From a virus (Duplodnaviria; Heunggongvirae; Uroviricota; Caudoviricetes; Demerecviridae), in the IMG/VR virus record IMGVR_UViG_3300016480_000208: a stretch of DNA of 55,414 nt; one strand, 5' to 3'. Made by a program: the position numbers and the translations under genes. Below are positions 17,708-29,954 of this stretch, piece by piece (position 1 is the stretch's first letter; each line of letters starts with the position of its first letter). The notes under the pieces were generated by a model. It saw only the letters and a program-made list of their open reading frames with translations. It made no database searches and had not been told where the DNA came from.

Positions 17708-18190
17708 TTATATAAAGTTCAACGCAGCGGTTGCAGAATAAACTATTGTCCCACCCTCAGTGGCAGCGAACTCGTAAGTTTGAGATCGAACTGTTCCCTT
17801 GTTTGGATTTAATACGCCACGTTGGACACCATCTACTTGGTACCACCGAGCCTCTGTGCAGTTGATATATGTGATCCCACCATTTCGTATACGCACCCAC
17901 GCCCTACCATCGAAAATGGGGTAAGATTTAACGGTTGTGCCATCTATATAAGTGTAGATTGTCTGATTGGTTGATGCATTATAGCTAAACGTCGCATATG
18001 GCGGCGTATTGTTTCCAGTGACAACGGATTGTATAGAAGCAATCTTCTTAAGACTGGCCATACCAGCCAGTCTAGACACTAAACCAGTAGTGCCCAAACC
18101 AGCATTAGACATAATTTGAGATGCTAGACCATTGCCGTTAAACTCTGTATTGGCTTGCGATAGCATGAACGGTAAATTTGGTACTGCCAT
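17708..18190 (-). CDS. Tail-fibre-associated protein (putative tip adhesin)
   Basis: 160 aa directly after the chaperone-bearing fibre; MAVPNLPFMLSQANTEF start; TAG-free. Confidence 0.6.
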   Translation of the reverse strand: MAVPNLPFMLSQANTEFNGNGLASQIMSNAGLGTTGLVSRLAGMASLKKIASIQSVVTGNNTPPYATFSYNASTNQTIYTYIDGTTVKSYPIFDGRAWVRIRNGGITYINCTEARWYQVDGVQRGVLNPNKGTVRSQTYEFAATEGGTIVYSATAALNFI

Positions 18191-18221
18191 AGTTATAAAC
18201 GGGGATTTCTCCCCGCCTCCT

Positions 18222-21200
18222 TTAGTTAATTTTCGATTCGAGATATTTAACTCTGTCCGTCAGTTCCTTGATAGCTTCCACCAACAAAGCATTGACGCCA
18301 GAGTTGGAAATAGTCAGCACATTGAGGTTATCAACTGGGTTGACCACTTCGGTTACTGCCTCAGGAAGAACAAGTTGGACGTCCTGAGCAATCAATCCAA
18401 CTTCGTGAGTCGAATAGTCGTTGGACGATAGCGATTGCTTCTTGTCGTACGTGTACGCGCACAGTTGGCTGACCTTATCGAGAGCTCCGCTAATCTTCAC
18501 GAAGTTCTTTTTAAGTCTGCGATCTGATCGGATATTGACATCATTGAAGTTACCGTTCCCAACAACGTACAGACCACCGCCAGTATCAGCTTGGAATCGC
18601 AGAGCTACTTCCCCGCCACTTCCGTTAGATGTAGCAAGACGATAGTTTCCAGCTCCGTCCACATACGTACAGACTGCGTGCTTCCCTGGTATGTGATACT
18701 CGAGCATTGGGTTGGTGCCAGCGTTAACTTCAACACGACCTGTTAGTATGCTATCACCACGCTTGACCAACTCGTAAGGTCCTTTCTGAGTGCCGCCTTC
18801 TTGACCGCCAATCCACGCTTGCGTTCCAGCAAAGCTGATAGCCAAGTATCCGAAGTATCCTGCTGCGTTTCCGTGAGCTTGGTTGAAGAGATATGTCCAT
18901 CCAGTACCATTCGGAATGCCCGCAATGTTGGATCCTTGGAAGAATCCAGATTGACGACGGAGATTACAATCGCCCAAAACTGTGGAAATGCCAGTTCCGT
19001 AGGTACCTAAACCGTAACCACTAGGAGCAGCACCTACGTTAGCTGCCGTCAAACTAATATCGGCTGTACCGTCAAAGGAAACCCCTGCAATAGTACGAGC
19101 GGTTGCCAGTTTAGTAGCAGTTGCAGCATTGCCAGTAGTGCTTTGGTTACCTGCGATATTCACACCTGGAAGGTTGATATTCGCAGTGCCATCGAAAGCA
19201 ACACCACCTATAGTTCTAGCAGTTTCAAGCTTAGTAGCTGCCACGGCTGTTTCTCCAGTCTACAGAGCACCTACGTTTGCTGCAGTCAGGGTAATGTTAG
19301 CTGTACCATCAAAAGCAACGCCCGAGATAGTTCTAGCGGTTGCCAGCTTGGTAGCAGTAGCAGCATTACCAGTAGTACTCTGAGTACCTGTGGTATTCAC
19401 ACCTGGGAGGTTGATATTCGCGGTACCATCAAAAGCAACACCACCGATAGTACGGGCAGTTGCTAGCTTAGTAGCCGCAACTGCGGTACCGTCAGCCTAC
19501 AGAGCACCTACATTTGCTGCAGTCAGAGCAATGTTAGCTGTACCATCAAAAGCAACACCTGCTATAGTGCGAGCAGTTGCTAGCTTAGTGGCCGCAACTG
19601 CGGTACCGCCAGCCTACAGGGCACCTATGTCTGCTGCGGTGGGTTTATTAACTGGTGAATAAACCCGAGAGCCTGAGTCGTGAACCCTGTTGAAATACTC
19701 ATTGAATGAATAGCTGAGGGCCCCAGTATCGCCGTCATAGATATTCCCGCAACTCATTTTTACGGTGCCGGAGAGTATCGCGTCATTGCTTAGAACGAAA
19801 GTGCCGTCAGCAACGAACGTGGGCTTCCCGCCATCCGTGCCGCGATTGATGACGGAGACCCCAATATTGCCCCACATGCGCTTACCGCGAACCCATACGG
19901 TTGTACCTCCAGCCTCTTTTTTGACTGCAAGCTCGATCATGTCGGGAGCGCCATATTTCCTATTCACCGAAACGTGAAGAGATCCTACCGGGTCACCCGA
20001 ACCCTCGTAACGACTTACGGAGACATAGTACCGACCGCTGGAACCTGCATAGTTCTTATCAGCACTAACGATGATGTCAAAGGTGGTATCAACGAGGGCT
20101 GATGTTGTGTGCTCACAGAGCTTGTACCAGCGATAGAGATAATCACCACCGACGTTGGATTGGAGTGGTCCTAGACTCCTGAACCCTTCGCCAACGTAAA
20201 CCTCTCTGCTGGTTGCCCCAACATCTTCTGCAGTTGGCTTGTTCCCTTCATGGTAAATCTTGTGGGTAGCCCCATATTCGCCACTACGCCATGTGAGAGA
20301 GTTATCAGCCCCTATCGTGCCCCCAATCCACAGGCGTCCTCGCTCAGTGCCATCAGGTGCTCTCCACATAATGTCTGCCATGTCACTAGCAGATACCCCT
20401 ACAAGGTCCAGCAGCCCTGTAGCCCCTAACGTTCCAGATACAGTCCCGCCAGTAACAGGCAAAGCCCCGATTTCAGCCAGAGACCAGGTTACATTGCCGC
20501 CACCATTCACGGACTTGGCAGCATCGCCAATGGTCAAGGTGCGAGCGGTGCCCCAGTTCTCCGTGGTGATGTTGCCGGAGCCGTCAAAGTTGGTGCCGTT
20601 AATCTGGCGAGCCGTAGCCAGCTTGGTTGCCGTGGCCGCATTGCCAGCAAGAGCGCCCGTGAATGTCGGAGCAGTCACCCCAGCAGCCACGACCAGCCCT
20701 GTAGACTTTAGTGACATCCAATCGGTAGTGTTCGCCCCGCTTACACCCTGCCACTTGAAGTATTCATTACCGTTATCCCCGGTTTTGAACCACATGTAGC
20801 TGTCGGTGTCGCCGTCAGCGGTATTCTTGAAACCAATCTTCGCGTAGTCAGTATTGAAGCTCCAGCCCAGCTCGCTGGCGGCGTTGACGAACGTCAGCCC
20901 ACCAGTCATGGTGTCGCCAGTCTTGGCTACCGCACCAACATCTGCGGCAGAAAGAGTAATGTCGGACGTCAACGGCTGGGAGTTAATAGTACGGGCCTGC
21001 GGAACAGCACCGACATCCGCAGCAGTGGGTTTGTACCCTGCGTGATAAATCCTATGAAGAACCCCGGCAGACGTCTGAACACTGACGTCACCATCTTTTG
21101 CGTTGAAATTCAACTTGGCCGCAAAACTGCCGTCGCCAAACCTGACAGTATCTCCTGCGGAACCAATAACGTCCTTGCCGGCCACTCTAAAACCAGTAGG

Positions 21201-24200
21201 CACTTCGAGCGCACCAGTAAGAACACCACCCACAATAGGCAGCGCACCGACATCGGCAGCAGTCGGTTTATCGACAGAAGTGAAAATGTAATTCCACGCA
21301 CCCGCCGCCGCACCATTTATGCCATTTCGTGTGTAGATACGGTTGTTGTGGCCGAACAGAATTTGGCTATACCATACACCATAACCAGCATCATTACCCG
21401 GCCCCACAGTAAGACCGTGCCCGTAGATACCAGCGACAGGCATTCCGACAGAGGCGGGAATCGCAGAAAAATAACCGGGACGGGCATTATCAGCGGTATT
21501 CAAATCGGCTCTTTGGCCACGACCACGCCAATAGGTATTATCCGCAGCAGCAACCGCGCCGACATCCGCAGCAGTCGGCTTGTTCCCTGTGTGGTAGAAA
21601 GTATGCCCTCTTGAATGGGCTATATCTCCGCCGTGTTTCAGCAAGAAGAATTCAGTAGGGGAGCTATCGGAGCCGCCAGTGGCCACATACATGCCAGAGC
21701 CGTCCCACGTTCCGACACCTCTTTTATACAAACCGAAGTTGAGGTGGGTTATGTACCCATCAGCCGCACGAGCAGCCATGTGCCCGAAGGGTATGAAAGA
21801 AGAAACAACCCCTACGTTCTCTAACTGCCGCATCAACGGAGCTGCTGTAAGGCCGGTGACGGTATCTTTGAGGGCGGAGGAGTGTACAACAACACTCCCG
21901 CCCAAAGAACCCCCTGCAATAGGCAAAGCCCCGACATCAGCTGCAGTAAGGGTAATGTTAGCCGTACCATCAAAAGAAACGCCTGAGATAGTGCGAGCAG
22001 TTGCTAGCTTAGTAGCAGCCACCGCAGTAGCACCAGCCTACAAAGCACCAATATCTGCCGGAGTAGGCTTATTTCCTTCATGGTAGTATAGACTACCACC
22101 ACGGTACCTTCCTGACCCTTTGGCGAAGTCTGCTAACATATTGAGTTTGTTGGTCGCCCCGGTTATAGCACTCGGGTTATCTACCTATGCCACAAAAGTG
22201 GAAGTACCATGAGATATATTAGCACCTGTGCACTGCACGGTCTAAGATCCCTAAACCCTTAGAACTACAGGGAACTACCTAGCCTCTACGTATATGGCGT
22301 AGACCCCTTCCTACTCACTAGGCCCAACTATACTATGTATCGCTCTTTCGGAGCTGCTATAGGCAGTAAATACACCATCTACTATAGAGGATTTGTCACT
22401 CCATCCAGCCTATCTTACTATACCATCAAAGGAGCAGTTGTTCATAGGGTCTGAACCAACACTACTCCTAGTGGTTATGTACAATGCTTGGTCATTATAG
22501 TAGTTAGTGACTACTATAGGGTAGTATTTACCCTATACTAAGCCCGCCGGCTAGTTGATTGTTATTGACTTCCTACCTAAAGCTTCGATTTCAGAAGTGG
22601 CAAGGGTACCAAGGTCCTAAGGCACTAGAGTAACATCCGCATTCAGACGTTTGCCGTTAACAGTACGAGTGTCAGGCACTACAGATAGTTCAGCCGCAGT
22701 TGGTTTGTTCAGGGAGGTATAGTGCACAGCCCACTAAGTGGCACTATCTACCACATCACTGGACAGACTGAATCTAGAGTATACTAAACCCCCAGTATCT
22801 ACATACAACTGGGCCCTACGGTTGTCGTTGTAGGTGGATTGGAAACCAGCACCGTTGCTTGGATAGCCCTACTGACCAGGGCTAGCTTGTGCAAAGAACC
22901 CGGACTTTGTGTTAACCAGAGGAGAGGACCCACCCAAACCAAAACCCGCTGGGGCAGCCCCAATCTCATTTAATGTCCAAGAAGTATCGGCAGAACCATT
23001 AACGGCTTTGGAGGTTTCACCTATAGTTAAGTTACGAGAAGTACCCCAGTTCTAGGTAATAATATTAGCAGTACCGTCGAAGCTTGTTCCGTTAATTGTT
23101 CTAGCAGTTACCAACTTAGTTGCTGATACAGCGTTAGCTGTTGCTGTAAGCTTAGTAGCAGCCAAGTCATACGCGGCTTTTACCCCTGCTGTGGTGGCGT
23201 AAGTTGTAGTAGAAGCATCGTTGGTCTAAGAACTGGCAGCCCAGTTGTTAACAGCACTAAGGCCTACATCAGTCTTGGTGACAACAACTGCCCCTGTACG
23301 CCCATTTACAGAGGTGACAGAGTCAGTACCATCCATCTTAAACCAAATGGAGTTAATGTTATCCCAATGAATGTAGTCACCAATTTCGTACTACACACTT
23401 AAGATAGTACCGGCCTATGTGATTCGGTAGAAGTCCTAAGTTAGACCATTTGGGTTAGGTGGTGCGGTGCCTGCCTAGGCAGACCAGCCACCACGCCACA
23501 CTAGCTGACCACTGGCAGTTTGGGCAGACTGCGCTGCTTTAGCTGCGTAGTGTAGTGCAGAATATAGCCCACCAGAAACTACGGAGTTTTCCGGATTAGC
23601 TGCCCACTTTTGTGCAAGAGTGGTGCTGTTAGCTGCTTCAGTTGCCTTAGTTGTTGCTGTAGCCTAGGAAGCAGCAGCATTAGTCTAGCTAGTGGAAGCC
23701 TCCCCTGCCTTGGTTGTTGCTGTAGCCTAGGAAGCAGCAGCACTAGTCTAGCTGGTAGATGCTTCGCCAGCTTTTGTAGAGGCAGTGGTCTAGGAAGCCG
23801 CAGCGTTAGTCTAACTAGTAGATGCTTCTCCTGCCTTTGTAGAGGCAGTAGTCTAGGAGGTGGATGCCGCAGTCTAGCTGCCCGCAGCATTAGTCTAGGA
23901 AGTCTAAGCGGCGTTCTTGCTGGATAAAGCGTTAGTCTCAGAAGTCTAAGCGGCATTTTTGCTTGCTAGAGCAGCCTAAGCACTGCTAGAAGCTTCTGAT
24001 GCTTTAGTTGTTGCTGTGGTCTAACTGGTGGAAGCAGAGGTCTAGCTCTACTAAGCCTACTGCGCACTGTTATCGGCCTAGGAGGCAGCAGCCCCTGCAT
24101 CACTCTAGCTTTGCTAAGCCTAGGTCTAGGATGTTGCTGCCTAGGATGCTTTTGTACTGGCAGTAGTCTACGAACCAGCTGCAGCAGTCTAGCTGTTAGC

Positions 24201-25535
24201 AGCATTAGTCTATGAGGTCTATGCTGCGTTTTTGCTAGCTAAAGCGTTGGTCTCAGAAGTCTAAGCAGCATTTTTGCTTGCTAGTGCAGCCTATGCGCTG
24301 TTGGAAGCTTCTGTTGCCTTAGTTGTTGCTGTAGTCTAACTAGTGGAAGCAGAGGTCTAGCTGGACTATGCGTCGGACGCACTGGTGTTCGCCTACTAAG
24401 CTGAATCCTACGCACCACTCTAGCTCTACTAGGCCTAAGTCTAAGAAGCTGAGGCTTCTGTTGCTTTAGTTGTTGCTGTAGTCTAGGATGTGGCAGCACC
24501 AGTCTAGCTGTTAGCGGCATTAGTCTATGAAGTCTAAGCTGCGTTTTTGCTGGCAAGTGCATTAGTTTCTGAAGTCTAAGCAGCGTTTTTGCTAGCTAGG
24601 GCAGCCTATGCACTGCTAGAAGCCTCAGATGCCTTGGTTGTTGCGGTAGCCTAGCTGGTGGAGGCTGAAGTCTAGCTCTACTAAGCCTACTACTTGCTAG
24701 TGTTTGCCTAAGATGCAGAATCTGCTGCATCACTCTAGCTCTACTAAGCCTAAGTCTAAGAAGCCGCAGCTTCCCCTGCCTTGGTACCTGCTGCAGTCTA
24801 GGAAGTGGCTGCTTCGCTTGCTTTGGTGCTGGCAGTGGTCTAAGAAGCCTAAGCTGCATTTTTACTAGCAAGTGCATTAGTCTCAGAAGTCTAAGCAGCG
24901 TTTTTGCTAGTTAGAGCCCCCTATGCGCTATTGGAAGCTTCTGTTGCTTTTGTAGTAGATGTAGTCTAGCTAGTAGCGGCAGCAGTCTAGCTATTAGCGG
25001 CAGCAGTCTAGCTACTAGCAGCATTAGTCTAAGAAGTCTAAGCAGCGTTTTTGCTAGCTAGGGCATTAGCTTCAGAAGTCTAGGCAGCGTTTTTGCTTGC
25101 TAGTGCAGCCTAAGCGCTGCTAGAGGCTTCTGATGCTTTAGTTGTTGCTGTAGTCTAAGAAGTCTAAGCGGACTATGCAGACTAGGCCGCCTAGTCCCTG
25201 GCCTATATTACGTCCTACAGAAGGTCATAATCCACATCTTGCAACTATGATTGATCCTAAATGATTTGGTTTAAGGAGTAGTTGTTCATAGACTGGGTAA
25301 CAATAACGTTACTAGCTACAGTCCTGTACTAGGTTTCATCCTAGAAACGTACCTTAAATACATAGGTGCCAACGCCTAGAGAGGATGAGTAGTTACCTGT
25401 CTAGTTGGTTATGACGGAAAACTTAGTTCCTGCCAGCACCTCGGTTGAAGTACGAGTCTACTCAAAAATGATCTCAGCATTCTATATTGCAGACCCTTGT
25501 GGTGATTTAAGAATACCACTTGTATTAATTGCCAT
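18222..25535 (-). CDS. Giant L-shaped tail fibre (about 2437 aa; TAG read-through) with a C-terminal peptidase S74 intramolecular chaperone
   Basis: One frame joins ORF-track pieces 19614-22022 and 18222-19244; stf-like SKNAA*TSETNA repeats; ATKLATARTI..FDGTANI repeats; SDRRLKKN...GLIAQDVQ. Confidence 0.88.
23600..25200 (-). repeat. Ala/Ser/Thr-rich heptad repeats in the fibre N-terminal shaft
   Basis: Many copies of ASKNAA*TSETNA and S*TTATTKA(S/T)EAS. Confidence 0.85.
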
Positions 25536-25798
25536 TACTACCTCGCTAGTAGCCCCTCAAGGGTAAGTGTGGCGTCTGTTGGAGAAATATAAACGCCACA
25601 TCGTTGTAATCTTTTTAAACTTTTACTATCATACAACGAAATATCATAAATGCCAACAGGTAATTGAAAGTCGTATGTACCATCCTGCTAAATGGACTAA
25701 GTACCAGCAACTTTTTCTAGCTGTAGAGCCCCAGAGTTCTGGGGCTCAATCAATACTAAAGTTATACTGGTATTAGTAGTTCCGGTTATTCTGGCCAT
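25535..25798 (-). CDS. Small fibre-collar protein (p132 position; 87 codons)
   Basis: Sits between pb4 and the fibre with a TAATG overlap; GTYDFQLPVGIYDI; ends TAG-TAA. Confidence 0.7.
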
Positions 25799-25799
25799 A

Positions 25800-28700
25800 T
25801 TACCTTATGTGTATGAAGCCTGAGGCTAAGTCTATCTTCATCTTGTAGGTACCTTCTGGGTTCGCAGAAAGCTACGCAGCCCTATCATAGATCACATTTA
25901 TACCTGCTTTCTAGAAAAAGGCTTGGTCTGCTACCATTTTCTCGCCCCTAATAGTACCATTGGCAATAATATCACCATGAACCATTAAAGCGGGCTAAAC
26001 CCAGGCAGACCCATTCCACATCCTTGTCCACGCAACCTAGGGGTTGTTCACCCTATATTGGGTAAGGCAGTCATAGATTACCTGCTAAGAGCCAAAGGTG
26101 TTAATAAAGAACTGATTTGCGCTAGACACATTGAAGTCAGTAGCTGTATCCACTACGGAGTTCTAGTAAATCCCAGGACCTCTCGCCCCAGCAGCACCAG
26201 GAGCACCAGGAGCACCAGGAGCACCAGGAGCACCAGGAGCACCAGTGGCACCCTGTTCGCCTTTTATCTTCTATACAGACCACTAAGACCATATACCATT
26301 AGAACTAGTTCTAGTCTACATCCATATAGAGCTAGTGGAAGCGGTGGAAGACCAATTGGCTGGATTAGCTGTGGGGTCGCCAGGACTACTTGCTACAGAA
26401 GAGTACATAAGCTCTAAAGAAGCTGTATCGGTTAACTACTAAGGGGTACTCCAAGCGCTTTGCTGTGGTACACCACCATCACTAGAAAATATTCTAGTGG
26501 AACTCCATAGCTTCTAGGTACCCTAAGGAATACCATCACTCCAGCCCTACGTAGTTGGTAAAGGAGAACTATAAGAACCTCCAGCAGGAGTCTAGGGCTA
26601 AGAGTTACTTCTAGTAAAGACTATGGACTTAAAGTTGTTTTTACCATCGGCCCCCTAGTCACCCTATTCACCTTTTATTTTCTATACAGACCACTAAGAC
26701 CATACACCGTTAGAGCCCGTTCTAGTCTACATCCATATAGAAGAGCTAGACGCTGTGGTGGACCAATTAGCTGGGCTAGTGGTTGGGTTACCTGGGCTGC
26801 TAACTACAGAGGAATACATAATCTCTAAGGAAGCAGTATCAGTAAGCTGCTAAGGAGCACTCCAGGCAGCTTGTTGTGGGGCACCACCATCACTAGAAAA
26901 TACCCTGGTTGAACTCCATAAGGTCTAAGTACCCTAAGGAATACCGTCACTCCAACCCTATGTGGTAGGCACAGGAGAACTATAAGAACCACCAGCAGGA
27001 GTCTATGGCTAAGAGTTACTTCTAATAAAGACTATGGACTTAAAATTATTTTTACCATCCGACCCCTAGTCACCCTGTTCCCCCTTTATTTTCTAGATAG
27101 ACCACTAAGACCAGATACCGTTAGAGCTAGTTCTAGTCTACATCCAAATAGAGCTTGTAGAGGCAGTGTAGGACCAGTTGGAGGGATTAGCTGTGGGGTT
27201 ACCTGGACTGCTAGCTACAGAAGAGTACATAACCTCCAAGGAAGCAGTATCAGTAAGCTACTGAGGAGTACTCCAAGTACTTTGCTGTGGAGCACCACCA
27301 TCGCTGGAAAATATCCTAGTTGAGCTCCACAGCTTCTAAGTACCATCAGGGATGCCATCACTCCAACCCTACGTGGTTGGTACTGGTGAGGAGTAAGAGC
27401 CTCCAGTAGGTGTCTATGGCTAGGAGTTACTTCTAGTAAAGACTATAGACTTAAAGTTATTTTTACCATCTGTACCCTATTCGCCTTTTATTTTCTAGAT
27501 AGACCACTAAGACCAGATACCGTTAGAGCTAGTTCTAGTCTACATCCATATAGAGCTAGTGGAAGCGGTAGAATACCAGTTAGCCGCATTATCTGTAGGA
27601 TTACCGGGACTCGCAACGGAAGAATACATAACTTCCAAAGATGCAGTATCAGTTAACTACTGCGGAGTACTCCAAACACCTTGTTGTGGCGCTCCACCAT
27701 CACTGGAAAATATCCTAGTTGAGCTCCACAGCTTCTATGTACCCTCAGGGATGCCATCACTCCAACCCTATGTGGTAGGTATTGGTGAGGAGTAGGAACC
27801 TCCAGTAGGAGCCTAGGGCTAAGAATTACTTCTAGTAAAGACTATAGACTTAAAGTTATTTTTACCGTCTATCCCCTATTCACCTTTTATTTTCGAGATA
27901 GACCACTAAGCCCATACACCATTAGAACTAGTTCTAGTCTACATCCATATAGAACTAGTGGAAGCGGCAGAATACCAGTTAGCCGCATTATCTGTTGGGT
28001 TACCCGGACTGTTAGTAACTGATGAGTACATAACTTCCAAAGAAGCAGTATCAGTAAGCTACTAAGGAGTACTCCAAGTGCTTTGTTGGGGGGCACCACC
28101 ATCACTAGAGAATATTCTAGTAGAACTCCACAGCTTCTAAGTACCCTAAGGAACTCCATCACTCCAACCCGACGTAGTCGGTATTGGTGAGGAGTAAGAA
28201 CCTCCAGTAGGAGTCTACGGCTAGGAGTTACTTCTAATAAAGACTATAGACTTAAAGTTATTTTTACCATTATCTCCGTCCTAACCATCCTAGCCATTCT
28301 AACCAGAGAACTGAACAGGGGTTGACCAAGTCTCCCCACTTACTAGTACGTTAGTAAGTGGGTCAATAATACCTGTACACACCCATACTTTTTGTGTCTA
28401 AGGGTTAAACGCCGGAGGGCTGGTTGACCAGCCTGCGGGCGGATAGGCTGTTGCTGTTGGTTTAGCGGGAGCACTCTACGCAGCTTGGTAAATTGGAACT
28501 ACAGATTTACCTTTAAGTGCGTCCGTTATGGAAGTATCACCTCCAGGGGTACCAATAACTACATTACCCTAAATCTTTAGCGTAGTACCATCCCAACGCA
28601 CATACTGCGCGGAATTACCCAGGTCAAACAAGAACTTACCAGTACTATTGTACCCCATCCAAATACCTTGGTTGGCATTACCAAACTAGGGCTTTTCTTG

Positions 28701-29954
28701 GGAGTACAAGGATGGGGAAGTTCCTGATGTATTGGTAAGTACAAAACTAGCAGCGTTTATAGTGTCAGTAATAATTCGACCTGATACGTTAAAGATGTTG
28801 TTAACTGCGTCGAAGGAGAAAGGTACTTTACCTTGTGCATCCGCAATACCGATAGATAGGTTACCTGTAGCCTAGTCTAACTTGAAGGTCTGAACTCTCT
28901 GCGCACCAGTACCTTTGTACTAATTTATCCCATAGTACCCAACCTCTACCCCAGTTTCTTTAGTGAAATTGTCAGTAATGGGTGTGCTAGTAGTTATGCG
29001 CATAGTGGCCACGTCGGAATACGTAGTCATGGTCCCATCGTTTGGCCCCCACTAGGTCGCTACTACTCGCAGCTTGAATTCGATATCAAATGGGAAGTTT
29101 ACTAGTATCTAGGAAGGTGTACTGGACGTGTTAACCTGTTGGGCACCTGTCCAACCACTGGCGTTAAACTTAGCTGTTGGTGTATACTCGACAATAAACT
29201 GTTTGATTTGCTATCCATTTGCTCTAGTCCAGTCCCACTCCACTTTAACATCATAGCGCTCAACGCCATCCTTAATCTTCTACACAGCGAACCTGATACC
29301 TGTAGGCTTACTTGGAGGTATCTACATGTACTGTACCACAACACTAGATGGGTACTGGTACCACTAAGATTGTTCAATAGTTACGCCATCAGGTAATCCT
29401 ATGTTGCCGCGTATACGGAAATTATAAGTGCCAATAGGCATTATCAAGGATATAGGTGAGGTTACTTGACCTGAGTAGCAACTACTCCACGTAGAGTCCG
29501 AAGTGAGCTTGTACTGAATCTCTACAAAATCTGCATCACCCTAACAAAAGAAGTTGACTGTAGGGTTACTTACCCCTACCTCCACCTAGGTGGCAGTTAC
29601 AGTAATATTAGTAAGGGTAGGGGCTTTTTTAGTTCTTAAGCTGAGCGAATCGGATATGTTTATACCGAACTTAGCTGCCAGTAATTCTGGGTCAATCATC
29701 TAGTCGTAGAACTACCCCTTAATAGTGTAAGGGGTATCCTAAACAAGACCAGGAATAGTTACTGAAGTGTACCCTAGCTGGCCTGGGTCTGTTACTAGCC
29801 ATTCCTTAACCTGAACCTAAGATGCATTATAGACCCAGAAGGCCTTACCTAGCAAGTCAGTGTCCATATTAAAGGAGTGCTGTATATATAGCTTAGTATA
29901 GGACTAAGCCCCATATATATTTACCAGTTTTTCTGGTGCTACGTTATTAATCAT
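25800..29954 (-). CDS. pb4: pb4-like central straight fibre, extended to about 1384 aa
   Basis: [24 protein letters not shown]-terminal [21 protein letters not shown]...IHIR match T5 pb4. Confidence 0.9.
26194..26247 (-). repeat. 9-bp tandem repeat encoding collagen-like (GAP)n
   Basis: GCACCAGGA x5 plus one variant copy. Confidence 0.9.
26278..28280 (-). repeat. Five tandem 399-411-bp (133-137 aa) repeats inside pb4
   Basis: GACCACTAAG anchor at 26278, 26689, 27100, 27502, 27901; all spacings are multiples of 3. Confidence 0.92.

Noticed and set aside
23579-24877. Leu/Gln/Pro-rich minus-strand ORFs in the ORF track
   Set aside because: They are alternative frames of the Ala/Ser/Thr fibre repeats, which the TAG-containing frame explains.
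25726-25747. GAGCCCCAG/CTGGGGCTC hairpin as a terminator
   Set aside because: It lies inside the p132-like CDS once TAG is read through.
26278-28280. CRISPR array or mobile repeats
   Set aside because: The repeats are in-frame coding units of about 400 bp with no unique spacers and no cas genes.
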